From: Squalus acanthias
Taxonomy: Eukaryota
Reading direction: 5' to 3'
Assembly: GCA_030390025.1 (NCBI GenBank)
Contig: CM059438.1
Span: forward strand, 57,910,001 to 57,974,000
Length of the DNA: 64,000 nucleotides
Shown here: piece by piece, positions 22,620 to 34,958 of the stretch
How the letters are laid out: the number at the start of each line of letters is the position of its first letter
How positions within the stretch are numbered: the first letter of the stretch is position 1
Program-made: the position numbers and the translations under genes
Notes under the pieces: model-generated
Database searches by the model: none
Told to the model about the DNA's origin: nothing
What the model saw: only the letters and a program-made list of their open reading frames with translations

Positions 22620-23391
22620 AAATGAGAAGTCGCACAACACCAGGTTATAGTCCAACAGATTTATTTAAAATTACAAGCTTTCGGAGCTGTCGCCCCTTCC
22701 TCAGGTAGAGTTACTGTGAGACAATCTACCAGAATTCACAGAATATAAACACAGAGAAAATGCATTCAATCTTTCCCTACATCAAAGACACACTAAGAGC
22801 ACAGCCAAGACAATGAGATGTGTCCCAGGGGGTCCAACGTGTCAAAACACCTGCTGGCTGCATATCAAGGGCATTCAGCCTCGGATCTGCGGGTTAGCAT
22901 TCTCCAAGGCGGCCTTCGGGATGCACGACAACGCAAAATCATCGAGCAGAAACTGATAGCCAAGTTCCGCACTCATGAGGACGGCCTCAATCGGGATATC
23001 GGGTTCATGTCACGATACAGAACGTGACTTGACATAGTTGCCGGTCTTTCCAGCTTTTTAAAAAAACAAACACAAGAAACAAACACAAGAAACAAACCCA
23101 AATGGAGAGGATATGCAGCCAGCAGGTGTTTTGACACGTTGGACCCCCTGGGACACATCTCATTGTCTTGGCTGTGCTCTTAGTGTGTCTTTGATGTAGG
23201 GAAAGATTGAATGCATTTTCTCTGTGTTTATATTCTGTGAATTCTGGTAGATTGTCTCACAGTAACTCTACCTGAGGAAGGGGCGACAGCTCCGAAAGCT
23301 TGTAATTTTAAATAAATCTGTTGGACTATAACCTGGTGTTGTGCGACTTCTCATTTTTGTCCACCCCAGTCCAACGCCAGCATCTTCACAT
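22620..23391 (+). mobile_element. Penelope-like element 3' fragment with inverted pseudo-LTR
   Basis: GIY-YIG C-terminus GHSASDLRVSILQ...RKIIEQKLIAKFRTHEDGLNRD; 249-bp inverted arms 22618-22866 / 23110-23358; 14-bp TSD CATGCAATAAATAA (22606-22619, 23392-23405). Confidence 0.93.
23269..23304 (+). ncRNA. Minimal type I hammerhead ribozyme motif (mirror copy on minus strand at 22672-22707)
   Basis: TAC-CTGAGGA-A-GGGGC gaca GCTCC-GAAA-GCT-T-GTA: core boxes, stem II, palindromic AGCT stem III, short stem I. Confidence 0.8.
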
Positions 23392-24520
23392 CATGCAATA
23401 AATAAGCTGCTAAAAGACAGCTTCTAAAAAAAATTGTTTTCCTCAAAAGGAAATTTCTGGAACATGTGCTGAATGCTTTTTTGAGACTGAGGTTGCTTCT
23501 GCTGTGAATACATTAATTGACTTTGAGCATTACTGTCATTGCACTGTCAGAGTTTGCAAATAAAATGGAGAGCAGGGTTGGAATGATGATGAGTTTAAAT
23601 TGATTTAAAGAATTACACTGAGATACCAAATTTAGAATTAATCACAGTGTGCTATTATGATTTATGAGGCAGACAGTTATCTGGCTATGTTTTGTAACTT
23701 TGAAAGTGGTTTTCAATTTCTTTCAGTGGTGGAGATCCCGCACTCACACTGTCCGCATTAGACTTGTCAACATTCACGGGGAAATATGAGGAATGACATT
23801 AATGATCAACAGAGTATAAAAGATCCCAGACTGGAGGCAGTCAGTCAGGTCCACCTGAGAGCACAAAATATAGTATGTTTTTGTGCATTTCAGTTTTTTT
23901 GTTAATGACTGCAGTATGCAATGGTCTTTATCTCCATACAAGAACATAAATCTTTTTGACAGCATCAAAAGTGAAACATGAGCCAGAAATTACTGTTGGT
24001 GATAATAGCAGAGGAATGCTTAATGCATTCAAATGACTTTCCTCTGTCCACTGCTTTAATGGAGGAGGTTAACCCATTTATTTTAAACAGTTAGGCTTAG
24101 AAATTGGGCCGCATAGCACACATTTTTCAGGTGCTATACGGCCTATTAAGGCCCCAAAGTGGCCGGCAGGAAGCATGCGCACACTTCCGACCGGAAGTGC
24201 GCCACCTGCCATATTGGTAGAGGACGTGGCGCTTGCATCAGCATCGTATACCAACAGCATTTAAAATCAAACATCATTTATGCAGTTTTCCATTTTGAAC
24301 TGCCCCACTGCTCAACACAACGTGAGGGGGCATGAAGGCCCCCTTGCCAGCACTAGTACTTAGAGCTTAGTTGCTGGTTTACTACTTCTAGCTACTGTTT
24401 GACTTCTGGGCATTTTTTGCTGAGTTCTAGTACTCTTGAAAGTTCATTTTGTCTGCACAGAGGTCTTGCTGCTTTTGCACTGTTGTTACTCTTTGCCTCA
24501 CAAATAGCCTGGCTACAGAC

Positions 24521-25230
24521 ATGGGTGGTCTGGTAGGGCTGCCTTTGGGAATAGAGCACAATTGGGAGCAGCAAGGAAGACACCACAGTGCAGAAGCTGC
24601 CAGCAGAGGGAGGAGTAGTGGGCTCAACAGGAGGCCATATCCACAGAGGGTCTTCAGGGAGCACTTCTCCTACATCAACATTACTGAGGAGCAATGTATG
24701 AGATGCCTACGCTTCACCAAGGAAGCTGTTACCGAGCTGTCACCTGCTCCAGCTTCAACTTCAGCCTCAAGCAAGGGCATGGACAGCACTTCCTGTGGCT
24801 GTCAAGGTCACCATCGCCCTCAACTTTTATGCCACAAGCTGCTTTCAGACTGTAAAAGATGACATCAACAACATTTCACAGTTTGCAGTGGGTTTTGCAT
24901 GCATGGCAAGCTTCCCCATACAGCAGGGTGCCACTGACTGCATGCATATTGCCCTCCGTGCTCCCTGTAACCAGCCTGGAATATTTATCAATTGAAAGGG
25001 ATTCCACTCCCTCAAAGTTCAACTGGTTTGCAACCACAGGCAGCACATCATGTTGTGGTCTGTGCCCACTATCCTGGAAGCTGTCATGACTCTTTCTTTC
25101 TGCGCCAGTCCTCCATGCCGCCTTTATTCCAACCAGGTCGTCAAGTTACAGTTTGGCTATTGGCTAATAAGGGTTATCCTCTGCGGTCATTGCTCATGAC
25201 TCCAGTTAGGAACCCGCACACAGAATGCCT
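24521..25230 (+). pseudogene. Harbinger transposase relic
   Basis: RRPYPQRVFREHFSYINITEEQCMRCLRFTK; AVKVTIALNFYA; QGATDCMHIAL; YPGSCHDSFFLRQS; WLLANKGYPL. Confidence 0.92.
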
Positions 25231-26250
25231 AACCCCATACCTTAGCACCTGCGCACTTGTGGCCGGTGAATCACCAAGTGCAGATTCCGCCTCTAACCTA
25301 ACCGCTAAGGTCCGCGTGGTGTCAGTACCTGAGCTGGTGGCTGCAATAGTCAGATCAAGTGACGGTGCATCTTCATGTACTCTTCGCTCGTCTTCCTCCA
25401 CTGGCTCAGAGGTGTCCACATTCCCAGGAGCTGAAATGAAAAAGGGACAAGCTGTAGGTTGTGTTGTGAGGGGGAGCAGAGAGAAAGAAGTGGGTGTTGA
25501 AAACATCTGCAGCTTGTCATGCAGAGTTGGTGGGGTGAGGTAGAAGTCAGAAGAGACAAAGAGGATGAGGTATAAAGAAACCCTGCTTGGTGCCTCCTTC
25601 AGCATCGTCAGTGGCCGCAGCCTCCACTCTGCCCCTTCCCAGGAATGCCAGGATCATCTCTTCAAGGGGGAGATATTGTGCAGGCGCGCTCTTCCTCCTC
25701 CAGTAGCAACCTGTTGCCTGGTGTTATTTGCTACCTTCTCCAAGAAAGAAAGAAGTGTTTTAGTGAGAGTCTTGCGTGATGTTTGGGGAATGTGGCGGTC
25801 ATGGTTGAACAGCTGACGGTGTGTGGGTGAGATGTTAGTTGTGGGTGTGAAGTTCGTAATAGTGCTGAGTGTGTGAGGGTGAGATGAAGAATTTTTAGTG
25901 AAGTGTGCTGTACTGATTGCAGCACAGTGCAGGGTGGTGCAGCAGGGGAGTGTTGCAATTAATGAGGCTCTGAGTGGTGCAGCTTTGATGAGAAAATATT
26001 TTAAGAGTATTCTTACCTTGACAACTCTAGTCAAATCATTAAACCTTTTTCCTGCATTGCATCCATGTTCTTGGAGCAATGCTCCTGGCATTAACTTTGT
26101 GAGCAATATGCCTCATCATCAGATGCCTGGAGGGCTTCCTACATCCCCAGGAGGAAAAAGGATGTCCCTGCTCCTCTCCACTTCCTGCACCAAGGTCTCC
26201 AGTGCAGCAGCATCAGAAAACCTTGGTGCCCAATCTCCCTGCTACCTCTA
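25230..26250 (-). pseudogene. Harbinger Myb/SANT-like DNA-binding protein relic, spliced
   Basis: APRFSD...LETLVQEVERSRDILF; KRFNDLTRVVK followed by GTAAG; later exons KVANN...TGGG and an acidic segment. Confidence 0.8.
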
Positions 26251-26880
26251 AGAAGCACCGTGGCCTCCCAATATCACCTCTTACACCCCCGCCAGTGTGG
26301 GAAGCAATGGCTGCACGCACAAATAATTATTATAGGCAGGCAGCACACATTTTATACACAGTAGACAGGAGAATGCAACATGAGCACATTAAACGTCCAT
26401 CACCTATTATTGGCATAGTAATTTCGGCCTCATGTTAGAAAATGCTACAGTGCACTGCAGGATGATCAACATCTAAAAGAAGAAAAATAGATTCATGTTT
26501 ATATGTGACCTTGCTTCAGAACTTGGCACTGAGGTTTTGTTTCAATAATATAGACTCGCCCTGGTCCTTCCTGAAGCTGCGTAAAAGTAAAAGTTGTTTA
26601 TTTAAAATAGTTAAATCAGCAAACCCTCAGATCATGTAATCCTGCGCCTGCCCCTGGGCGGTCACCAGGCTGGGGATATAGATAGATGCAATAGTGAACC
26701 AATTTTGTTTTGTCAATACACAGTTGCTTGGGATCATTGTAGATGTGTGTTGTAAAAATTTCAGTCCACAAATTATTATTCTGAGGTCAGATTTACTGCG
26801 CCCTATATAGACTTAAATTATCCACGAATAGTTTTATTTTCATATTTAAATGTATCTATAATCCTTCCATAAGAAATTAT

Positions 26881-26984
26881 GAGCCAGAATTTCCTTGGAG
26901 CAGTTCCCCCTCTGTCGCTATAACTTCACTGGAAGTGCGGTGGAAACCCTGTTGACGCGAACAGCTCTGAAGAAATTCTGGGCC
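26881..26984. mobile_element. 104-bp Harbinger-type mini-MITE
   Basis: GAGCCAGAATTT / AAATTCTGGGCC termini; TAT on both flanks. Confidence 0.6.
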
Positions 26985-27323
26985 TATTTTGGGTCCGAAA
27001 GGCAGAATTACAGTAAGCTCCAAAATGTCAGAAAATACACCAAATAAAGAGCTTTATTTTCCTTTTCTTGCTATGTCAGGATCAGGGCAGGACCTCCATC
27101 TGCCACACCGATGCCTGCCGTGATCCTTGCCCAGTTGCCCAATCCAGGGTCAGTATGGATTCATGGTGGGCTCCCGGCATGATTCCTAACAGGAAGATCT
27201 GGGAATGCCGCTTCAGCACTAGAAGTACAACAGGTACTCCACAACATTATGCAGTTACACCATGTCAACATGTATGTGGGTGCTTTCAGAGCACAGATGA
27301 TGTGTACATTATCCATGGCATCT

Positions 27324-27366
27324 TCACCTGAGGAAGGAGCAAATCGATAGCTCCGAAAGCTTGTGA
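27324..27366 (+). ncRNA. Minimal hammerhead ribozyme motif
   Basis: TCAC-CTGAGGA-A-GGAGC aaatcgata GCTCC-GAAA-GCT-T-GTGA. Confidence 0.8.
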
Positions 27367-27454
27367 TTTCAAATAAAACTGTTGGACTATAACCTGGTGT
27401 TGTGCGACCTCTCAATTTTGTCCACCCCAGTCCAACACCGGCATCTCCGCATCA
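27327..27454 (+). mobile_element. 128-bp Penelope-like 3'-end insertion starting at a hammerhead core
   Basis: Similar to 23271-23391; TSD CATCTTCA (27319-27326, 27455-27462). Confidence 0.88.
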
Positions 27455-29649
27455 CATCTTCAGAAAGTACATACCTCCCTAATCAAGGCTCTGTGATGTT
27501 GGAGCACAAAAAGGCCTTTCATTTGTCTCTTGCAGCTGACTTGTCCTCTCATCTGTCAGTGTAAAACCTCCTGCAAGTTTGAGGTACCTCCAATTAGATC
27601 TTGTGAATGTTCAGGTGATGGGTCTTCCCTGTATCTCCTCCCTGGATGGATGCTATTCAGTGGCTGCAGAAGTCTCCTCATCACCGATGGATTTCTGATT
27701 CTCTGGTGCCACATCATTACCCTAAAAATGTTTATGTCCTCTGTAATGAATGGAATTAAGCTGAAAGAGGATGACAACGCATGGAAACAAAAGAACAATG
27801 TGCAAAATATTACTTATGACAGCACATTACAATAGAACTGAAGACAACTAGGGACACCATTTTTGAGATTTGCCAAATGGAGGGAAGTGCAGGTATAGAT
27901 TGTTGTGTAAAAGGGCTTTCAGCATGTATATTAAAGTCCCTTAAAACTTTTATTGGTGTAGAGTTATGTTAAATTTATGCAGTGTGATTTCTAATTACTT
28001 TTACTGTACTGGAAGATCGCATGGTAGGAGAAAAAATAATTTAATCTTACCAGTTATCGGACTCCAGTTTAGATGTTTTGCCTTCTGGAATGATTTTGAA
28101 GATGTTTTTAATCTGATCCTCTGGACAAGTGAGAATTTTCTTTGGTGGCAGTGTGTCTCAACAATGTCTTTTTTACTTCTGGGTGTTGAAATCCTTTTTG
28201 TCTGCAACCTTTTCCAGGTTGTTGATTCTTATTTGTTCAATAAGGCTTTCCAACTTTATTTACGTTTTTTAAAACTATCACGGTCCATGTATATGACTTT
28301 TCTTCAGCTGTTGATAATGTTGTCAAATTTCCAAAAAAATATCATCACACTCGCCACGATGTTTTACAAGAATAAATAATTCTAGCATTGGAAGCTTATC
28401 TGTCATTCTTTACTCCTGGTCTCTATTTTGCACAGTTACCAGCAGCAGCATTTGATGCCATGATCATTACATATGCTAATACAAAAGACTCTCATGGAAG
28501 TAAATCTGAATAATGGAAACTCATTTCTGACTGGGTTCCTTCATTTACCCCTGGTGGTAAATTAAGCTGGTGATTTACAGAAACTGTAGGCTTCCTAATT
28601 GGGCATTAGGTGAATTAATTTACCAGCACTACTTCATCTAAAAGGCCTTAAATCCTACATGTTTGATTATCACTCCCACTATTTCTTAGGTACTTTAAAA
28701 TTTCAGGTTGTAGGTGTAGATCTAAATGGGCAATATAAACAAAACAGAACTATAAAATCAGTGTGATAGTATGACGGAGACAGAGTTAAGTTGGCAGAAT
28801 ACAATGTCCTAATGGCACATCACAGTTAACATCGTTTTAGAGTTTGCATAAAAAGACAACCACGTAAGATTGCTGGTGATCAGATAATGCCATGGGCAGA
28901 AAATTACGAACAACTTGTGCCCAGACTTGTGGCAAGTCCTTCCTCCCCACCAAGTTCTTACATTGGGGCACTGAAAAGGAAAATCTGCTTCATTGAAAAG
29001 GAAAAGTAGATTTCCCCCTCTGAAATTAACTGAAGTTAAACAGAAAAAAAAAGGCAAAATATATCCACTCGCAAAATGATTGCAGTTATTAGAAGCAGGT
29101 AGTCAGGAAAGACCTTTGGATCTAATACTAAACAATGAAAGAGCTATTCAGATGCATGTCATATAGATTATTATCACTGCAACCAAAAATCTTCGCAAAA
29201 TTTTTGACAAGTAAGTTGGGGTTGGTAAAATTAATTAATTACGATTATTGGGATTTCGTAGTGGGCAGTTGGTTGAGAATGTCTATAAACGGACTGTACA
29301 AGCAGCAGATCTGGACTTAGTGCTTTACTTCAAAGCACATAAATCCTTCAAATAGTTGAGTAGGTGTTTCTTAAGTTCACAATTCAAAGAATTGATTTAG
29401 ATGATTTGTCAGCGAGATGGATTTATAATCTAATACACTAACCATGCATTTCACAACAATGGTGCTTTGATTTTAGTTAAATGACTAGACTGGAGTAACT
29501 AGAGTCGCAGTTCTTATTAACCATGGTAACAGAACTCTTTGCCACTAATGGCAGAGTAAGCACACCAGGATCAGCCTTAGAAAATGACAGCCCAAAATTG
29601 CAGGTATTATTTCCTGGCCTTATCCTATAAGTATACCTGGAATAACCCT

Positions 29650-30330
29650 CCAGATTATTTGCTATTCACTGCCATTCTGATACCATTCCATCTGGCAGTA
29701 AGCATTCACCCAGAAATTCAACAGCAAACAGATAAGTCCAAATATTAGCCAGATATACATTAATAATATGAACTGATCCAAGTTAAAGAGGAACTTTGAA
29801 ATAAGGAAGGATATTTTGGCCATATCCCAATAGAATCTAATTGAAAGCAGGTCCAATTCAAAATAAGCATCTTAAATTCTCTGACCAGCCCTGATTAGAA
29901 TCTGGCATAACTATATTTTCCCACATACTTATATACGAGTCAGCCATTTTCTTAGAAATATGGGCAATGAAAAACCAGATCCTCAACTCTTATTGAAAAG
30001 GCAATTCATAAAATACAAGGCAAACAAGATTCTCACTAAGAAATATAAAAAATTTATTGATCTGCATCATGAATGTACAGATTTGATGAGGATCTCCTGG
30101 AAAAGAGATCTAGGAATGGAGATTAATGAGGATGATTAGGATTCGATGTGGCCATCTATTGACAAGCTGTTTCCCTGTATTAAAATGAAAGAGATGCAAT
30201 TTAAATTCTTACATAAATCCTTCTTTACTCCACTGGGAAGTGGTAGAGAAAATGTGGAGCAATACATTTCCACATTCATGTATTCTGTGAATTCAGCAAC
30301 TTTGGTAATATATCTTAAAAATCATTAAGA
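29650..30330 (+). mobile_element. Ancient L1-clade LINE ORF2 C-terminal relic
   Basis: WKRDLGMEINEDD*DSMW...MKEMQFKFLHKSFFTP resembles the L1 W..DL...W / QFK.LHR.Y.TP motif. Confidence 0.6.
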
Positions 30331-31078
30331 ATACCTGTCAGTTCAGGGTATCTCCAGAGCTTGTCTTCGGCATACTGGGGCTATCTGTGCATGGTCCCTT
30401 AAGGTGAGGGAAATTCCAGTTGAACAACATGTTGCTTTTTGCATTCTACTGTATGCCTCCTAATGATATTTTTATCTCTCTCAATGGTAGGTTTGAGCAT
30501 GTGTATTCTTGGCTTTTAACTACACTACAATTCTTTCTCCTGCGAGCTAAGATAGGCTTAAATTGAGGCTAACAAATAGCAAAATTTGTTTAAATAATTA
30601 ACAAGTCACTTAAAAAAGTTGTGTCTACATGGATAAATGGTATACAAGAGAACACTAAATAACGGCAGAAGGGGGAATCTCCAAGATAGAGCAGCTTTGA
30701 CATGAAATTTTAAGAACATTGAGCATTGGGGAGAAAGGGAGTCAGGTGTGCAACAAGTAAAACCTCAGATGCACAGGGCAAATTTCAGGGACAAGGAAGT
30801 GACGAGAGAGGATGAATCTGATGCACAAAGTGAGGGATCTGAACAGCATGGAGTTGGATGTGACACTATGGTAGCCTCAGCTACACAGAGCTGCTGATAG
30901 GCAGGGAAGAGGGTTTAGTAGTGGAGTGGGTAAAAGGGAGATCTCAGAGCCACAGAGCCACAAATTTAGTGGGAAACCCCAGAGGCCGGGGATGGGGGAG
31001 CGGGGGGGGGGGGGGGCAGTGGAGTCAGAGCAGGCAGGAGAGGGAAAATCTTTGTTCTTTTTGAACGTAGAAAAATGG

Positions 31079-33270
31079 CATAAGAACACAAGAAAGTCTG
31101 GTAGGAGAAAAGACCATTCAGCCCACCAAACCCATTCCTTCTACAGTGTGTACAATTTGGCCTGCCATGGATTATATGCACCAATTTAATTTCTTGTGAG
31201 AAAGTGCTGCATATGTATTCCTTGATCCTAAATAGTAATCAGGCATATTCATTCATCATGATATACATTCTATGAACTCTTCCTTGCTGCCCTTCACAGT
31301 TCTCTCTGGCTTCAGTAGCCTAATCTATTGTTACCTCCATAAATCTCCAATGCCATTCCCAACCAGATGTCTATCCAGCTCCTTTTTGTAGCAGTTAAGT
31401 AACACTATCTCAAATATTTTCACAGGTTATCTGCTCTGCATTACTCTGCTGGGAGTCTCCTTCCAGGCTTTTTAGTTTCAAATAAATGTCATCTAATTCT
31501 GTACTCACAGGCAAAGTCAAATAGCCTGCTTATATCTATCTATATAGAATCATAGAAATTTACAGCACAGAAGGAGGTCATTCGACCCGTCGTGTCTATG
31601 CCCGGCCGAAAAAGAGCTATCCAGCCTAATCCCACTTTCCAGCTCTTGGCCCATAGCCTTGTAGGTTACAGCACTTCAAGTGCATATCCAAATACTTTTT
31701 AAATGCGATGAGGGTTCCTGCCTCTACCACCCTTTCAGGCAGTGAGTTCCATACCCCCACCACCCACTGGGTGAAAAAATTTCTCCTCAACTCCCCTCTA
31801 ATTCTTCTACCAATTACTTTAAATCTATGCCTCCTGGTTATTGACCTCTCTGCTAAGAGAAATAGATCCTTCCTATCCACTCTAGGTAGGCCCCTCATAA
31901 TTTTATTCACCTCAATTAAGTCTCCCCTCAGCTTCCTCTGTTCCAAAGAAAACAACCCCAGCCTATCCAATCTTTCCTCATAGCTAAAATCCTCCAGTTC
32001 TAGCAACATTCTCGTAAATCTCTTCTGTACCCTCTTTAGTGCAATCACATCTTTCCGGTAGGGTGGTGACCAGAACTGCACGCAGTATTCTAGCTGTGGC
32101 CTAACTAGTGTTTTATACAGTTCAAGCATAACCTCTCTGCTCTTATATTTTATGCCTAGGCTAATAAAGGGAAGTATCCCGTATGCCTTCTTAACCACTT
32201 GCCCTGCTACCTTCAGGGACTGTGGACATGCACTCCAAGGTCCCTCTGTTCCTCTACACTTCTCATATCCTACCATTTATTGTGCATTCCCTTGCCGTGT
32301 TAGCCCTCCTCAAATGCATTACCTCACATTTCTCCAGATTGAATTCTATTTGCCACTTTTCTGCCCACCTGACCAGTCCATTGATATTTTCCTGCAATCT
32401 ACAGCTTTCTTCCTCACTATCAACCACACGGCCAATTTTTGTATCATCTGCAAACTTCTTAATCATGCCCCTTACATTGAAGTCTAAATCATTGATATAT
32501 ACCACAAAAAGCAAGGGACCTAGTACTGAGCCCTGTGGAACCCCACTGGAAACAGCCTTCCAGTCACAAAAACACCCATGGATCATCACCCTTAAGCTTC
32601 CTGCAACTGAGCCAATTTTGGATCCAACTTGCCACTTTCCCTTGGATCCCATGGGCTTTTACTTTTTTGACCAGTCTGCCATGTGGGACCTTGTCAAAAG
32701 CCTTGCTAAAATCCATGTAGACTACATCAAACGCGCTACCCTCATCGATCCTCCTTGTTACCTCCTCAAAAAATTCAATCAAGTTAGTCAGATACGACCT
32801 TCCCTTAACAAATCTATGCTGGCTGTCCTTGATTAATTCATGCCTTTCTAAATGACGATTAATACTGTCCTTCAGAATTTTTTCCAATAATTTGCCCACC
32901 ACTGAGGTTAGGCTGACTGGCCTGTAATTACTCGGTCTATCCCTTTCTCCCTTTTAACATAAGCACGTGCAGCATATCTACACACAATCTTCTTGCCTCC
33001 AATACAAATAAGTTCAGCTCTCCTTAGGTCTCTAATTCTCAGAATCAATCTTGTTTCTTCTCTCTAAACCCTTCCTAACTCCATTTTGTGAGTGGGGTAC
33101 CCAGAACTACAGTATTCCAATCGCAATATCAATAATGATTCTACAAGGATAGTATCATTTCTTTCAACTATTCTTGATTTATACCACATTGATGGTTCTT
33201 CCAAATAGTTCCTACCAAGTTAACAAATATTAATTTAAGAGCATAAAAGAGTATCTTGGATGTCTATGAT
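31079..33270 (-). mobile_element. Very old CR1 relic hosting a younger CR1
   Basis: Decayed CR1 tail at 31079-31130 and eroded ORF2-like sequence on both sides of 31546-32955. Confidence 0.55.
31546..32955 (-). mobile_element. CR1 LINE, 5'-truncated RT
   Basis: [45 protein letters not shown] tail. Confidence 0.95.
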
Positions 33271-33299
33271 CCCATGTTGTGATGTAAAGGTTGCTTACG

Positions 33300-33938
33300 G
33301 AGTTTTGTTCACCCCCGCATTAACTCCACAGAGTGCGCCTTTTTTTTCCCCCCCAACAGGTTCCCCGCCCAGAAGAAGATAGCCTGATTGACAGGCTTGG
33401 CTCCCTGGCGGACTGGGAACACTCTGGAGGAGGCTGCTGCCGCAGGAGCAGGTAAGGAACCTGCTGCTGCGTTAGTGGGAGCGTGGGGTTCTGGATGTTG
33501 GGGTGGGGGGGAGGGCGGGTCAGATCCCTGATTCAGGGGGAATCCCTGATCCGGTGGGGTGGGGGGTGCGGGGTCCAATGGCAGGGTAGAAGGCAGCTTG
33601 GTGGGCTGGGAGGAAGCACTCCTGATCCTCCTGGCCCAGAAGCAGTGCTGCGAGGGCACTTACCTTTTCCCTGAAGCTTTTCTCGCCTTCCTTTAGCTGC
33701 TGGGTTTCCCGCGGCCAGCCAGGGTTAAACCTGTAAAACAGGTTAAATGTGAGGCTCCCAGCCTCATTATAATATTTAAGTGACCAACCTTCCTACTGGG
33801 AGCGGGTTGGCTGCCTGCCCCCATTAATCCTGGAAGTGGGCAGGTTGAAGACGGGTTGGAGTCGGGTTTGAGGTTTTAAACATTTTTTACATCTTACCCG
33901 GCTCCAACCCATCTGTTTTTGGCCGTTAAAATTATCCC
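33300..33938 (+). mobile_element. Harbinger-type MITE related to 19511-20459
   Basis: Shared right-half sequence; ends GTTAAAATTATCCC. Confidence 0.7.
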
Positions 33939-34958
33939 TTGGTCACTCCCAGGTGTGGTTTCTGTTCAATGAGCTTCTGAGGAGGGATCTAATTTGATCA
34001 ACAAGTAGCTTGTATGAGGGCTAGAAACATAACTATATCATCTCTGGAAACTGTACTGAAGTTACCAATGTCATGCAGCCTGGTAGATGAGCCTTATTAA
34101 TCATGACTGAGGGTACAAATTGCATTGATATATACGTGGAGTCTGTATAATGAATGTATACAAAACCATCTTTGGAGGAAGAGGGCAGTATAATGATCCT
34201 TGCAATAGGATCTCTTCCCAGCTGTGCACTCATAACCAACCATTGGTTAAGGTTATGTTCTTCATCCTGTTTTTGCCCCTTCTTTTTGCTTTCAGTTAAT
34301 ATCAATCAATTCTACCTGAACAACAGCACTAAATCTCAGAAGATACCTTGTCTTTTCCCTTTTCTGAAGGATTTGGCATAAATTGTGGTTAGTGAAAGAC
34401 AGGTGAACTATTTTAGAAGTGCAAATACATGGAAGAGTTTCCTGCTACTTGTACAACTGATGAAAAACTGTCCCATATCTCACAAAAAAACTAAAAAATG
34501 TGATGCTTGTATTTTGCACGTGTAGTTCTGTCATGGATTAGTGGTTGTTACTGACACCAGGAGTGAAAGAATCAAAGCTGATGTGTGAATTCCAGCTGAA
34601 AACTCGAGCCTTTTTCTGGTTACATATCTTACTGTTTTTCAGTGATGTGTGAAGTATTATCAAGTGAAGAATGGCATTCTCAAGCAATTTATGACAAATT
34701 ATACCATACTCATATGAAGAAGTTAGGAATCATTCCCAAATTTGCTGAGACAAAACCCAGCATTCTAGGAGAGTTCAATCTATATAATCAAATGATGATA
34801 CAATGTGTACTAAAAGTTGGAAAATATATGATGTTATGGCTATGTGAATTTTTAAAACCTTGCTTAACTTTGGTTAAAATAGGTCCTGCCATTTTTTGCA
34901 ACAACCAAGATGGCCACCAGACACCCCAGTGTTTGAAAAGAGTATAATCCAGTCTTTA

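Larger units (their letters stand above)
24094..26429. mobile_element. Internally deleted PIF/Harbinger transposon with convergent transposase (+) and Myb/SANT-like (-) relics
   Basis: Imperfect TIR GGCTTAGAAATT / AATTTCGGCC, flanks TTA/TCA; both coding relics present. Confidence 0.85.

Noticed and set aside
27474..27745. Coding exon on the minus strand
   Set aside because: The most protein-like frame has four stops in about 90 codons, which is near the random rate; kept only as a low-interest note.
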